A stretch of DNA of 64,000 bases from Capsulimonadaceae bacterium (GCA_965215505.1 OZ244065.1:1888001-1952000); one strand, 5' to 3'; positions 31,514-41,790 are shown, numbered from the stretch's first letter. Notes: generated by a model from the sequence alone, not told the origin. Numbers and translations: made by a program.

Positions 31514-32823
31514 TTGGCACCGTTCGTCGCGGCGGGCAAAGAATGGGCGGCGGTGGGCAGGGTGGCGCGGAGGCTTTCCATCTCGGCGCGTTCGGTGTTC
31601 GTAAGGTCGCGCATCAACTCGGCCATGTTGAGTTCGGCCAGCCGCTGCTGGCGTTTCTTGGCCTCTTCCGAACGGGTCGCGCCGGTCCCAAACATGTCGG
31701 TGCTGTAGGCGTCTAAGATGTTCCCGAACAGCAAGCGGTCGAGGTCTGTCCCGGTGACCATGCCGGCCTTCTCGCTGCTGCCGGGCCTGGGCAGTCGGTA
31801 CACGGTCCCGACATCGGCGGCCTGGCAGACGAAGGGGCTGTGCGTGGTGACGATGAACTGAATGTTCGGGAAATGCTCCCGGAACCAAAGCCCGATCTGC
31901 CGCTGCCAGGAGGGGTGCAGGTGGGCGTCCACTTCGTCAATGAGCACGACGCCGGGGACGATGACTTTCGTCAAATCCCCGGAGAAGATGTTATCGTTGG
32001 GATAGGCCTTCTGCATTTGGCGGATCAGCTCAAACGTCATGCTCAGAACGGAGCGGTAACCATCGCTCAATTCTTCGACGGCGATGTCACAGCCATTCCC
32101 GTCTGTAAACACGACTCCCGATGACGACACGCTTTTGAGGAATGTCTGGTTCGGCAAAAAGCCGTTCTGATTGACAAAATGCGTCAGTCGAAGGAGAAGT
32201 CTCGACTCTAAGGTGTGATAAGTATCTAACTCCTTCTCTAACTCCTTAAATTTGAGGTCTTGCAGCCATTGAATAGTCTCTGTCAGCGCGATATTCTCCC
32301 CAAATACCGAGAGATGTGGGGCCAGCCTCGAATTCGAACGAAACATTTTCTCGTCTTCATTGCTGCCGCCGGAGAAGCGCCGAAACGGACCATAAGAGGC
32401 CGAAAACCACCCCCCTTTGTCGGCCCAGAGAGAATGTTCCGGGTTAGGCCGTGTCGCCGTTTTAGTCAGGTTGACCGTGTTGTCTGTTCCCCGAGCCAGC
32501 ACCAGCCCCGCAGTCAGCAAGTCATTGGGGGGTGCCCCTGGGCCTGAAAAGGGGTCATACTGCCGATTCCTGGACACTGTCAGCCGGACAGAACCGCGCT
32601 GCTGATCTCTCCGAAGCCACTCGTTCCAATCCTGCCGCAGCGCCTTCGCTTCTGATGGCCCGACAAGGGCCAGGGCTGTGGCGCGCAGGAATGAGGTCTT
32701 TCCTGTGCCGTTGTCTCCGATCAACACATGCCAGCCGGCACCGGCGGGGGGACTGAAACCATTGTCCCAGACGGCGTTTTCAATGGATCGTATGTTTTGG
32801 ATTTCAATGCGTTCAAGATACAT
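31510..32823 (-). CDS. ABC-type AAA ATPase (PtuA-like)
   Basis: GDNGTGKT Walker A, LSDGYR signature, VLIDEVDAHLHP Walker B, TTHSP. Confidence 0.9.
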   Translation of the reverse strand: MYLERIEIQNIRSIENAVWDNGFSPPAGAGWHVLIGDNGTGKTSFLRATALALVGPSEAKALRQDWNEWLRRDQQRGSVRLTVSRNRQYDPFSGPGAPPNDLLTAGLVLARGTDNTVNLTKTATRPNPEHSLWADKGGWFSASYGPFRRFSGGSNEDEKMFRSNSRLAPHLSVFGENIALTETIQWLQDLKFKELEKELDTYHTLESRLLLRLTHFVNQNGFLPNQTFLKSVSSSGVVFTDGNGCDIAVEELSDGYRSVLSMTFELIRQMQKAYPNDNIFSGDLTKVIVPGVVLIDEVDAHLHPSWQRQIGLWFREHFPNIQFIVTTHSPFVCQAADVGTVYRLPRPGSSEKAGMVTGTDLDRLLFGNILDAYSTDMFGTGATRSEEAKKRQQRLAELNMAELMRDLTNTERAEMESLRATLPTAAHSLPAATNGAK

Positions 32824-32919
32824 CAGGCCACCGCCTTACCGATTTCACTTCCCAAACTCTGCCTCTATTATGTCACAGACCTAGCCCTTTGCCGCTCCGC
32901 CCGCACTTCCGACCCTTCC

Positions 32920-35900
32920 CTAACAGGGAAGGGTCGGCACTTGTGCCGGGGTTAGGTCCCAAGCCGCCGCCTTTGCCGCCTGATAGGCCGCGTCCAGCGC
33001 GGGTTCCAGCAGGCGCAGGGCGGCGAGGCGTCGGGCCATGGCGGTGACTTCGCGGGCCTCGTCGGGGGTGAGGTCGCGGCCGAGGAGGGCGTGTTCGCGG
33101 TAGGAGAGCCACTTCTTCATGACCTGGTAGCCGCCCAGGGTGTAGTCCCAGACGCGGGCGGGGACGTTGCGCCAGCAGGCGTCGGGGTTGAGGTAGATGT
33201 CGCGGGTGGTCTCGCCCAGGAGGGTCAGGCCGTCGCCGAGCGCGGCGGCCTCGTCGGGGGTGTAGGGGCGCTCGACGCTCCGGCCTTTGCCAGGCATGGT
33301 GACGCCGCCCTGCCCGGCGTGGCCCCAGCCGGCAGCCACGCGCAGGTCGCCGCCGTCGGGCTGGAGCGGGCCGCCGTTGGCGCGCTTGATGACGCCGAGG
33401 GTCCGGTATGTGGGGTCGGGCATACCGGCGGTGACGCCGGGGACGGGGGTTGCGGTGTCCAGCAGGGCGGCGACGCGCCGGCCCAGGGCGGCGGAGGCGG
33501 CCAGCGTGTCCAGGGCGGCGGGCAGGGGGACGCGGGGCCAGTCGCTTCGGATACCGTCGGCGTTCTCGGTGAGGTAGGCGGGGCTGTAGCCGATGGCGAG
33601 CGCGTGCATCCAGAGCAGCCCGGCGGTCTCGGCGTCGGCGTCCGGGTCGGGGATGCCGAGGGTGGTTAGGTAGGCGCGGGCGGCGGGGGAGAGGTTGGCT
33701 TTTGCGTTCTGGGGAACCGCCTCCTGCTCCGCAAAAAGTGTCTGCTGGGTCGTCTTATAGCCGTTCAGTGTCAGAGGGATACACGCACTGCCGGGCCGTG
33801 TCAGGTGCCGATCCGCCAGAGCAGACGTGACATAGAACGGTGTCCCTTCATTCTGGCGTTCTCCTTTTTGCCGCGATGTCAGGAACAGATTCCCCGCCTC
33901 ATAAGCGGCAAACAGGTCTTCCCTTTTTCGATCCAGGAGCTTTGTTTCCGGGTGCCAGTAGGCGTACCGTATATCAAAAGGGCGGTAGCAATAGCGAACA
34001 AAGTGACCTGAACTTATACCTCTTGTGAGAAGCTGCTGTCGAGTATCAGATGCATCATATTGACCGGAGGAGGCCATGATAGCGGGGGCAATTTTCCGCA
34101 GAGCATCGTCACTCAGTGCCGCGTTGAAGTAGCTCTGCATTGTAGCTTCAAGCTTGTCCCGGTCAATCGCAATCAGGTCCGCATCCCGGCTTGTATTTAC
34201 CCCTGTGTCAGTCACAGGGAAAAGGGCGGGCAAGAGCGGCCATGTGTGGTAATTTGCTTCTGTCTGTAGTGGCGTGAAAGTCAGGCCCATCTGGTTAGAT
34301 GGGGTGAACTGCGCGTAGGGGCTGACCGAACTCTCCAGCGAAGCCAGCAGTTCGGCCCGCTTGTCCTTGCCCCACCAGTTGCGGAAATGCACGGTGGAGG
34401 CGTCCCGATGCGGCGACTTCCGCACCAGCAGCGCGATGGCCGTACCCACCTGGATGCCCTCGCGGTTCGTGTCCGTCGAGAACACGCTGGGGTCCGGCAG
34501 GCCGTCGGGCGTCCGCTTCCCCGTCTTGTACTTATCCCCGTTCAGGCAGTCAATCCAGACTTCGTCGAAGGCTTCCAGGTAGCGCTCGCGCATGCCGGTA
34601 TGGGACAGGCCATCCAGCCAGGAATAGTTGGAAATGAAGCAGACCACGCCCCGCCCGGTCCCCTCCGTGATGCGCCGCTCCGCCATGCGGAAGAAGCGGA
34701 TGTAGAGGTCATTGAGGCCCTGCCCCTGCGGTGCGGGCGCGGCCTTCGTCGTCCGATAGGCGGTGGACAGGGCGCGCTCCTCCTCCACGGCAAGGCCCGC
34801 GAAGCTGTTGTAGGGGGGGTTGCCGAGGATGACAAGAATCGGCTTCTTCTGCTTCACCTGATCGGCCAGGTCCCGCTCCTCGCCGAACTCCGGGATGGGC
34901 AGGACGGGGTGCGGGCCGCCCTCCGTCCCCCACCCCGTCAGGGCATTGGTGAGGTAGACGCCGACGCGCTCCGCCTTGGCTTCGGACAGGGGGGCACCGG
35001 CATTCTGGAGCAGGAGGCCGAGCTGCAAGTGGGCGACGACGAAAGGGGCGGGCAGGATCTCGAACCCGAAGACGCGCTCGGTCGCGGCCTTCTTCAGATC
35101 ATTTCCCGCCAAGCCGTCCCCGCCCGAGGCGTCCAATGTGGCGTGGATGTGGCGCAGGACTTCGACGAGATACGCGCCCGTCCCGCAGCAGGGGTCCAGC
35201 ACGAAGACGCGCGGGTCGGCCAGGCCGTCGGGGATGTCCAGCTCATCGCGCAGGACTTTGTCTACGCGGGCGACCTGGTAGCGGACGATCTCGGGCGGGG
35301 TGTACCAGACGCCAAGCTCGCGGCGCAGCTCGGGGTCGAAGGCTTGCAGGAACGGCTCGTAGAAGTATTGGACGGCCTGTGCGCCGTCGAACCGGGCGAA
35401 GAAGGCGGGCCGGTCCACGCGGTTCAGGGCGGCACCGGCCCAGTCCAGCACTTCGACGAGGCCGAGGGGATTCAGCTTGGAGGGTTTGGAGACCTCTTCA
35501 AAGAGGGCGCGGATCATGGGGACGTGCAGGTCCCAGGCGGCCATGCGCCAGTCGAAGCGGCCGGCGGTCTTGACGTCCTGATGGCGGCACCAGAGGACCC
35601 AGGCGGAGAAGACGCCGTAGAAGAGGGTCTGGACCAGGCTGGAGCGGAAGAAGTGGTCGCCCTTCTCGCCCTGGAAGCGCAGGCCCAGGGCCTCTTCCAG
35701 GGCGGTGCGGACGGAGGCGAGGGCGGACAGGGGTGAGGCGGCGATGCGGCTGCGGGCATCGCGGGCGTAGGAGGCGAGGAACCAGGCGACGTCTTCGGGG
35801 GAGGCGAGCGGGGCGGCCTGGAGCAGCACGCGCTGGAGGTATTCGCCGAACCGCTCGCCGAGGGCGGCGTCGACGCTGCCGGGGCGGGCGGCGAGCGCCC

Positions 35901-36351
35901 AGAAGTCGGCTTCGGTGGGGGCCAGGGAAAACCGTTCGAGTTCCGCCTTCTGCCCGGTTTCGCTGCGGCCCACCAGGACGAAGGCGCGCAGGTTGGTGAC
36001 GAGGACCTGGCCATACCTGGCCCAATATTTGTCCACCTGGTCACTGGCGGCGATCTTCGCGATGTCGTCGCCCGCGCCTTTGACTTCCAGGACGCCGCGC
36101 GCAGGGAGGAGGCCGGGGCGCAGGGACTCTTCCGCCGCCTTCCCGAACTGGTCCGGGGTGAAAAAGCCGCCGTCGGGGATGCCCGCGCCGGTATTTTTGA
36201 GGTTGATGATGCAGCGCACGGCGGGCTTGAGCGTCTTGCCGACGGCATTGAACAGGCCGCTGACGGCGGGATAGTAGGAGGTCTCTTTGACCCCGGCGGC
36301 GCTGGCGCGGACGGCCTGGAGTTCGGAAAGATAGGCTTGGAGTGGGTTCAT
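32920..36351 (-). CDS. type ISP/IIG-like restriction-modification protein (N6-adenine methyltransferase plus specificity domain, no helicase)
   Basis: PDG...EVK putative nuclease motif, GVWYTP, LDPCCGTG, GNPPY, YRPFD, WDYTLGGYQVMKKWLSYR. Confidence 0.88.
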   Translation of the reverse strand: MNPLQAYLSELQAVRASAAGVKETSYYPAVSGLFNAVGKTLKPAVRCIINLKNTGAGIPDGGFFTPDQFGKAAEESLRPGLLPARGVLEVKGAGDDIAKIAASDQVDKYWARYGQVLVTNLRAFVLVGRSETGQKAELERFSLAPTEADFWALAARPGSVDAALGERFGEYLQRVLLQAAPLASPEDVAWFLASYARDARSRIAASPLSALASVRTALEEALGLRFQGEKGDHFFRSSLVQTLFYGVFSAWVLWCRHQDVKTAGRFDWRMAAWDLHVPMIRALFEEVSKPSKLNPLGLVEVLDWAGAALNRVDRPAFFARFDGAQAVQYFYEPFLQAFDPELRRELGVWYTPPEIVRYQVARVDKVLRDELDIPDGLADPRVFVLDPCCGTGAYLVEVLRHIHATLDASGGDGLAGNDLKKAATERVFGFEILPAPFVVAHLQLGLLLQNAGAPLSEAKAERVGVYLTNALTGWGTEGGPHPVLPIPEFGEERDLADQVKQKKPILVILGNPPYNSFAGLAVEEERALSTAYRTTKAAPAPQGQGLNDLYIRFFRMAERRITEGTGRGVVCFISNYSWLDGLSHTGMRERYLEAFDEVWIDCLNGDKYKTGKRTPDGLPDPSVFSTDTNREGIQVGTAIALLVRKSPHRDASTVHFRNWWGKDKRAELLASLESSVSPYAQFTPSNQMGLTFTPLQTEANYHTWPLLPALFPVTDTGVNTSRDADLIAIDRDKLEATMQSYFNAALSDDALRKIAPAIMASSGQYDASDTRQQLLTRGISSGHFVRYCYRPFDIRYAYWHPETKLLDRKREDLFAAYEAGNLFLTSRQKGERQNEGTPFYVTSALADRHLTRPGSACIPLTLNGYKTTQQTLFAEQEAVPQNAKANLSPAARAYLTTLGIPDPDADAETAGLLWMHALAIGYSPAYLTENADGIRSDWPRVPLPAALDTLAASAALGRRVAALLDTATPVPGVTAGMPDPTYRTLGVIKRANGGPLQPDGGDLRVAAGWGHAGQGGVTMPGKGRSVERPYTPDEAAALGDGLTLLGETTRDIYLNPDACWRNVPARVWDYTLGGYQVMKKWLSYREHALLGRDLTPDEAREVTAMARRLAALRLLEPALDAAYQAAKAAAWDLTPAQVPTLPC

Positions 36352-36459
36352 GGGGCGTAGGGGGAGGTTCGACGGGGAGGGGGCGGACTCCTGCGTGGGA
36401 CCTCTCCCCGGCGCAAGCACCGACCCTCCCCTGTTAAGGGAGGGTGAGGGAGGGGCGGG

Positions 36460-37635
36460 TCAGGGGGTCGGGGTGAGGAGCCAGGCGTGGGCGGTGCCGG
36501 CGATGTTCGTGTAGCCGACGATCTGGCCCTGGCTGTTGATCCCGGTCGCGTTCTGGAGGCCGAAGCCGGCGGGCAGGTTGGTGACGAGGGCGGTGCTGCT
36601 GAGGCTCTGGAGCGTCCCGCCGGCCCTCAGGAGAAACGCGGTCGGCGTGCCGCCGCTCTGCCCGGTGTTCCCGACCACGTCGCCCGCGGCGTTGATGGCG
36701 GTGGCGGCCAGGCCGGCGCTGCCGGGCAGTTGTCCCAGGTCGTCGGCGGCGGTCAGCGGCCCGGTCCCGGTGTGCCGGAACGAGTGCGGCACGATGCCGG
36801 CGTAGCCGTAGCCGATCACCACGCCGCTGCCGTTGATCGCGGTGGCGCCGGAGCCGGAGCAGCCGGGGAGTGCGCCGAGGTCGTGATAGGCGGTGTCGTA
36901 GACGAAGGCGTGCTGCGTGGAGTTGACCCCGACCGTGGCGGTGCCGACGATCACGCCGGCCTGGTTGATGCCGCGCGGCAGGACGCGGGTGTAGCTGCCG
37001 AAGAGTCCCAGGCTGTCGGCGGGGGTGAACGGCCCGGTCCCGGTGTGCCGGAACGGGAACGTCAGCGCCTGGTCGGGGAAGTCGTCGTAGCCGACGACGG
37101 TGCCGGAGTCGTTGATGGCGAGGGCGGTGGCGGCGGACCGGCCGCCGACCTGGACGGAGAGGGTGCCCAGGTCGTGGAACGACGTGTCATAGACGAAGGC
37201 ATCCTGCACCGATGCCGAGTTGACGTTGTTCACGGCGACCGTGCCGACGACGGTGCCGGAGGCGTTGATGCCCGAGAGGCTGACGGCGTTGACCGCCGGG
37301 GTGAGGCCGGCGGGGAGTGCCAGGGCGTCGGCGGTGACGACGGGGGTGGCACCGGTGTGCCGGAACGGCTGGTTGGGGCCGCCGCCGTTGTCGCTGGCGT
37401 TGAGAAAGCCGGTGATCACGCCCGCATCGCTGATGCCCGTGGGGATCGTCCCGACGTGGCCGATGGAGCCTAGATCGGCATAGGAATAGTGGGCGTTCGT
37501 GGTCACGTCGGTGAGGGCAGGGGAGGAGCCTCCGCCCCCGCAGCCGGACAGCAGCCCGGCGAGGAGGCCGGGGACGGTGAGGGCGGCGAGCCGGGCGCGT
37601 CGGTCGGCGCGCGGGGTGGATTGTCGGAAAGGCAT
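36460..37635 (-). CDS. HAF-type extracellular repeat lipoprotein
   Basis: lipobox LSGC; repeated DLG.L.....A.AIN.SG.VVG...HAF. Confidence 0.82.
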   Translation of the reverse strand: MPFRQSTPRADRRARLAALTVPGLLAGLLSGCGGGGSSPALTDVTTNAHYSYADLGSIGHVGTIPTGISDAGVITGFLNASDNGGGPNQPFRHTGATPVVTADALALPAGLTPAVNAVSLSGINASGTVVGTVAVNNVNSASVQDAFVYDTSFHDLGTLSVQVGGRSAATALAINDSGTVVGYDDFPDQALTFPFRHTGTGPFTPADSLGLFGSYTRVLPRGINQAGVIVGTATVGVNSTQHAFVYDTAYHDLGALPGCSGSGATAINGSGVVIGYGYAGIVPHSFRHTGTGPLTAADDLGQLPGSAGLAATAINAAGDVVGNTGQSGGTPTAFLLRAGGTLQSLSSTALVTNLPAGFGLQNATGINSQGQIVGYTNIAGTAHAWLLTPTP

Positions 37636-37703
37636 GTGTTCTTTCTCCGAGAGGGTGTGCCGGCAGTGTCGGCGGCGCGGGCTGGGAGGAGTGTATCGAG
37701 TAG

Positions 37704-37732
37704 AGTGTATCAGGTTGCGTGGCGGGTGTCAA
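37704..37732 (-). promoter_or_regulatory. sigma70-type promoter
   Basis: TTGACA-17 bp-TACACT. Confidence 0.7.
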
Positions 37733-37738
37733 GCGTAA

Positions 37739-37852
37739 GGCCGCGCCGGGGGCCGCGCCGGGGGGCCGCGCCGGGGGGCCGCGCCGGGGGGCCGCGCCGG
37801 GGGGCCGCGCCGGGGGGCCGCGCCGGGGGGCCGCGCCGGGGGGCCGCGCCGG
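37739..37852. repeat. 100% GC tandem repeat, 13-bp unit CCGCGCCGGGGGG, ~9 copies
   Basis: read directly from sequence; first unit has G5, the others G6. Confidence 0.95.
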
Positions 37853-38081
37853 AACCATGCCATAAATGGCACGGCTAGACGGCGCGGACGCCATAAACCC
37901 CCGCTTCGCGGGGCTGGGAGGGGATACGCCGGGGGCGAGGAGGCTTCGAGTGGGGGCGAGGAGGCTCCGAGTGCGGTGCCTCTGGTTCTCCGAAGAAGGC
38001 GGAACGGGCCGCCCTCCCTCCCTCTGCTGAGGGGAGTGGAGGGCGGGGGCGGTTAGCGACTGGGGTCCGTGCTAGTCCGTG

Positions 38082-38930
38082 CTAGACGGCGATGGCGATG
38101 ATTCCCAGGACGGTGCCGAGCGCCCCAATCAGGCTGTTGGTCAGGCCGATGAAGTCGCCGCTGGCGTTGGAGGTCTGCTGGGCGGTGTTGCCCGCCGCGA
38201 GGAAGCCCCAGTTGTCGGCGATCTTGGGGTTCTGACTTTCGACGTTCCAGTCGAAGTTGCGGGAGCCGCTCTCGAAGGTGCCCGAGACATGGCCGGCCTG
38301 CTGGAAGGTGTAGACCTGGTTCTGGGAGTCTTTGACGCCCGCCAAGATCGCCATGTTGTACTCGGTCCCGCCGGAGTCGTGGAAGTGCCCCGAGAAGGTG
38401 TAGCTGCCGTCGCTGCGGAGTGTGACGTGGGAGTTGCCGCCGACCGGCACGCCGTTCCCGAACACGATCGGGTTGAAGTCGAAGTCCAGGGTGCCCGGAA
38501 GGTCGTGCGGGAGGATGAACATGAAGCCGGAGGCGGCGTGGCCGCCCCCGCCGGCGCAGCTGCCTTTGTTGGCGTAGCCGTCGTAGAACATGGCGTGGCA
38601 CTTGCCGCAGAACCGCCAGTTGTTCTGGGCCGTCGCGGTGCCGGGGATGTCATGCGGGAGGATGAACATGTAGCCCTGGGCCTGGTGGCCGCCGCCGGCG
38701 GCGCAGTGGCTCTTGTCGGCGTAGCCGTCATAGAACATGGCGTGGCACTTGCCGCAGAACCGCCAGGCGTCCTGAGCGGTCGGGGTGGCGGGGACATCGT
38801 GGGGCAGCCCGAACATGAAGCCCTGAGCGTTGTGGCCGCCGCCGGCGGGGCAGTGGCCCTTGTCGGCGAAGCCGTCGAAGAACATCGCGTGGCACTTGTC
38901 GCAGAAGCGCCATTGGGTTTGTACAGCCAT
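38082..38930 (-). CDS. Cys/His repeat protein (3 x WRFCxKCHAMF...C.AGGGH) with beta-rich C-domain and hydrophobic tail
   Basis: three near-identical repeats; AAGGAG RBS; promoter TTGACA-18-TAGACT at 39079-39108. Confidence 0.8.
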   Translation of the reverse strand: MAVQTQWRFCDKCHAMFFDGFADKGHCPAGGGHNAQGFMFGLPHDVPATPTAQDAWRFCGKCHAMFYDGYADKSHCAAGGGHQAQGYMFILPHDIPGTATAQNNWRFCGKCHAMFYDGYANKGSCAGGGGHAASGFMFILPHDLPGTLDFDFNPIVFGNGVPVGGNSHVTLRSDGSYTFSGHFHDSGGTEYNMAILAGVKDSQNQVYTFQQAGHVSGTFESGSRNFDWNVESQNPKIADNWGFLAAGNTAQQTSNASGDFIGLTNSLIGALGTVLGIIAIAV

Positions 38931-39218
38931 CTCGGTCTCCTTGGTGTCGTCGGCGTCGAGAGATGCCCCCTAGCGACGCCTGTGGGCACAGGGGGGTGGC
39001 GTCAGGGGCATCATGCGGAAAGTGATGGGGTCGTGCCGGGTGGAGCGCGGCGTGGGAACTGCGGAGCGCCGTGAAAGCAGTCTATCACAGGCGCAAGCCC
39101 GCTGTCAAGCGTTTGGAGGGGAATGTGACATGTTTCACACAGAGTGAGTGGGACATAAGGGGAAGGAGGGCGCGAGGGGGAAGGAGGGCGCGATGAATCG
39201 CGCCCCTACGGGGCAGGG

Positions 39219-40064
39219 CTAGGCGCTTGCGCCGGTTTTCGGGCGGCGGGTGGCCTGCGCTCTTTTGATGCCCATGCCGGTCAGGCCGAGGGCGAGCAGG
39301 AGGGCGAGGCCGGCGGGGGTGGAAGCCTCGGGGACGGGGGCGGCGTTGGTGAACCGGAAGTTGGTGAGGGTCTGGGTGGAGCGGGCGGAGGCCTGACCGC
39401 CGGTGAAGCCGACGTAGGCGGTGGAGCCGCCGACGACATTTGCGAGGTTGACCGCGTAGGAGGTGCTGTAGGAGGTGAGGGCAGTCGGGTCGGTCAGGGA
39501 CTCGCTCAGGGTGGTGCCGTCGTAGGTCAGGAGGACGTTGATCGGGTCGCCGCTGCCGAGGCTGAGTGCGCCGGTAGACTGGTAGCCGCCGTTGTTGCCG
39601 AAGACGCCGGTGATGCCGTCGGTGCCCAGGCGGGTGCCGGTGCCGTAGGGGGTGTACAGGTTGAACTCGACGGCGGCGCTGTTGGTGATGGTGTTGCCGG
39701 CGGTGACGGAGGCACTGGAGTAGCCGAGGTAGCCGCCGCCATCGCCGAGGGCGGCGCTACCGCGCGGGTCATTCTGGAGGACGAAGGCGAAGCCGTCGCC
39801 GCTGCCGTTGGCCTGGTAGGTGAAGGCGGCGGTCCATTGGGTGATGTTCTGGGGCGTATTGTAGAAGAGGCTGTCGTTGTCCGGGCCGGTGCTGAGGGTG
39901 ATGGTCGCGGCCCCGCCGCTGACGGCGGGCAGGCCGGCGGTGGGGCTGTTGGCGGTGAACCCGGTGCCGCTATTGAAGCCGTTGATGTCGGCGCGGCTGG
40001 GGACGGCGAGGCAGAGGAGAGAGAGGGCGGCGAGCGCGAGAATGGCGCTGCGTGTGAAGAGCAT
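39219..40064 (-). CDS. PEP-CTERM-like protein with legume-lectin-like domain
   Basis: signal peptide; DGFAFVLQN, AVEF, AYVGFTG; VPEAST + TM + basic tail. Confidence 0.85.
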   Translation of the reverse strand: MLFTRSAILALAALSLLCLAVPSRADINGFNSGTGFTANSPTAGLPAVSGGAATITLSTGPDNDSLFYNTPQNITQWTAAFTYQANGSGDGFAFVLQNDPRGSAALGDGGGYLGYSSASVTAGNTITNSAAVEFNLYTPYGTGTRLGTDGITGVFGNNGGYQSTGALSLGSGDPINVLLTYDGTTLSESLTDPTALTSYSTSYAVNLANVVGGSTAYVGFTGGQASARSTQTLTNFRFTNAAPVPEASTPAGLALLLALGLTGMGIKRAQATRRPKTGASA

Positions 40065-40343
40065 GACGGGTGAGCCTTTCCTGTGAGTCTTTCCTGTGGC
40101 GCGAGAAGCCGGTGGCGGCCCGGCGCGTCGGAGCGGCCCGGCCCTGAAGGGCCGGTCTACTCCCGGCTTCGCCGGTGGGCCGCCCCTTCGGGGCTTCGGA
40201 GGGCGTCCGCGTGACGGAGCATGCGACACCGGCAGAGCATGCGACACCGAATGTGAGGCACCTCTGTGGGCCCGGTAGGGCGGTTGATCCGTGTGGGCGG
40301 CCTCTAGGGCCGGGCAGGTATTGGGCGCGGAGTCCATTCACCT

Positions 40344-40366
40344 CCCTGCACAAATCATGCCAAGTA
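40344..40366 (-). promoter_or_regulatory. sigma54-type promoter (-24/-12)
   Basis: TGGCAT-GATTT-GTGCA; 22/23 identical to 57492-57514. Confidence 0.65.
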
Positions 40367-40451
40367 GAAAGGCGGGCATAAAAATCGGGGTGCGGCTAGG
40401 AGGGAGTAGGAAGAAGAGGAAAGGGGCGAACACAGGGTTCGCCCCTACAGG

Positions 40452-41624
40452 TCAGGAGGTCGTGTCCGCCACGTCCACGACTTCCACGGTTTCGACCACG
40501 ACCGGGCCGACGGGGGTTTCTACGACCTCCACGGTGTCCAGCACGATGGTCTGCGGGGCGGGAGCATCGCTGTCGGCGGGGGGCACGGGGGCCGTGCTGG
40601 AAGGATTGGTGTAGGAGAGCAGTTCGGCGTCGTTCCTGCGCTCGTACCAGGAGTAGAGCGCCAGGCCCGCGCCGAGCAGCACGGCCCCGGTGAGGGTGCG
40701 GTGGAAGGCGCTGAAGGTGTACAGGCTGGTTTCACGCGTGTGGCCGGGGTAATTGCCGCGCTCGGCCAGGTTGTTTGAGGGGGCGTCCAGGGCGTTCTTC
40801 TGGCTTGGGGCTTCCTGCTTCAGCTTGGACTGGGGCACCATGACCTTCCGCATGAAGGCGTCAGAGAGGGCGGGGTTCAGGACACCCGTGAGCGCGATGC
40901 CGCGCCCGCCGCCGCCAACGAAGACCTCGCGCATGGGCTTCTGGGCGGACCGGAGGATGGCGCGGGCGACCACCTCGGGGGCATAGGCGGGGGACGGGTG
41001 GCGGGCCTCGGCGTCCATGTAGTTCTTGGCGTTCAGGGGGTACGGGGTGTCAATGGGGCCGGGCTTGATGAGGGTGACGGAGACGGGGGCCTTGTCGAGC
41101 GCAAGCTCCATCCGCAGGGCGTCGGTGAAGCCCTTGACGGCGTGTTTGGTGGCGCTGTAGCTGCCCTGCAAGATGGCGGCCCGCTCGGAGAGGGTGCTGC
41201 CGATGTTGATGAGCGCCCCGCCGCGCGTCTTCAGGTGTTCGACGGCCTCCAGGGAGCCGTAGACGACACCCCAGTAGTTGGTCTCGAACTGGTGGCGCAT
41301 GTCCTCGACGGGGGTGTCCACGACCTTGCCGTAGATGGAGACGCCGGCGTCGTTGATCCAGGTGTCGAAGCCGCCGAAGCGGGCGACGGCGAGCGCGGCG
41401 ATGGCGCGGACCTGGTCGCGGACGCCGACGTCGGCGACGATGTAGGCGGCCTTGCCGCCGGCCTTGGTGATCTCCTCGGCGAGCTGCATCAGCGGCCCCT
41501 CGCTGCGGGCGGCCAGGACGAGCTTGGCCCCGGCCTTGGCGGCGAGCCGGGCGGTGACCAGTCCGATGCCGGAGGAGGCTCCGGTGATGACGATCACCTG
41601 GTTTTTGAGTTTCTTCAGTTTCAT
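40452..41624 (-). CDS. SDR family oxidoreductase
   Basis: TGASSGIG, YSATK. Confidence 0.92.
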   Translation of the reverse strand: MKLKKLKNQVIVITGASSGIGLVTARLAAKAGAKLVLAARSEGPLMQLAEEITKAGGKAAYIVADVGVRDQVRAIAALAVARFGGFDTWINDAGVSIYGKVVDTPVEDMRHQFETNYWGVVYGSLEAVEHLKTRGGALINIGSTLSERAAILQGSYSATKHAVKGFTDALRMELALDKAPVSVTLIKPGPIDTPYPLNAKNYMDAEARHPSPAYAPEVVARAILRSAQKPMREVFVGGGGRGIALTGVLNPALSDAFMRKVMVPQSKLKQEAPSQKNALDAPSNNLAERGNYPGHTRETSLYTFSAFHRTLTGAVLLGAGLALYSWYERRNDAELLSYTNPSSTAPVPPADSDAPAPQTIVLDTVEVVETPVGPVVVETVEVVDVADTTS

Positions 41625-41790
41625 TGCGGTTGCCCTTGGTGTTTCAGCTTGGCCTTTCAGGATGTTATGCCTTTGCGGCTTTAGGGGCTTCTACCCCGGA
41701 GGGAGGGGTGGCAAACGGGGACCTCTCCCCGCGACAAGTCGCGACCCTCCCCTGTTAAGGGAGGGTCAAGCGCCGCACATGGCCGTTGCG

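Noticed and set aside
30704-32823. retron system
   Set aside because: No reverse transcriptase or recognisable msr-msd in the window
37739-37852. possible CRISPR array
   Set aside because: Contiguous tandem units with no unique spacers and no cas genes
38082-38930. multiheme cytochrome c (three CxxCH)
   Set aside because: No export signal; extra conserved Cys/His favour zinc-binding repeats
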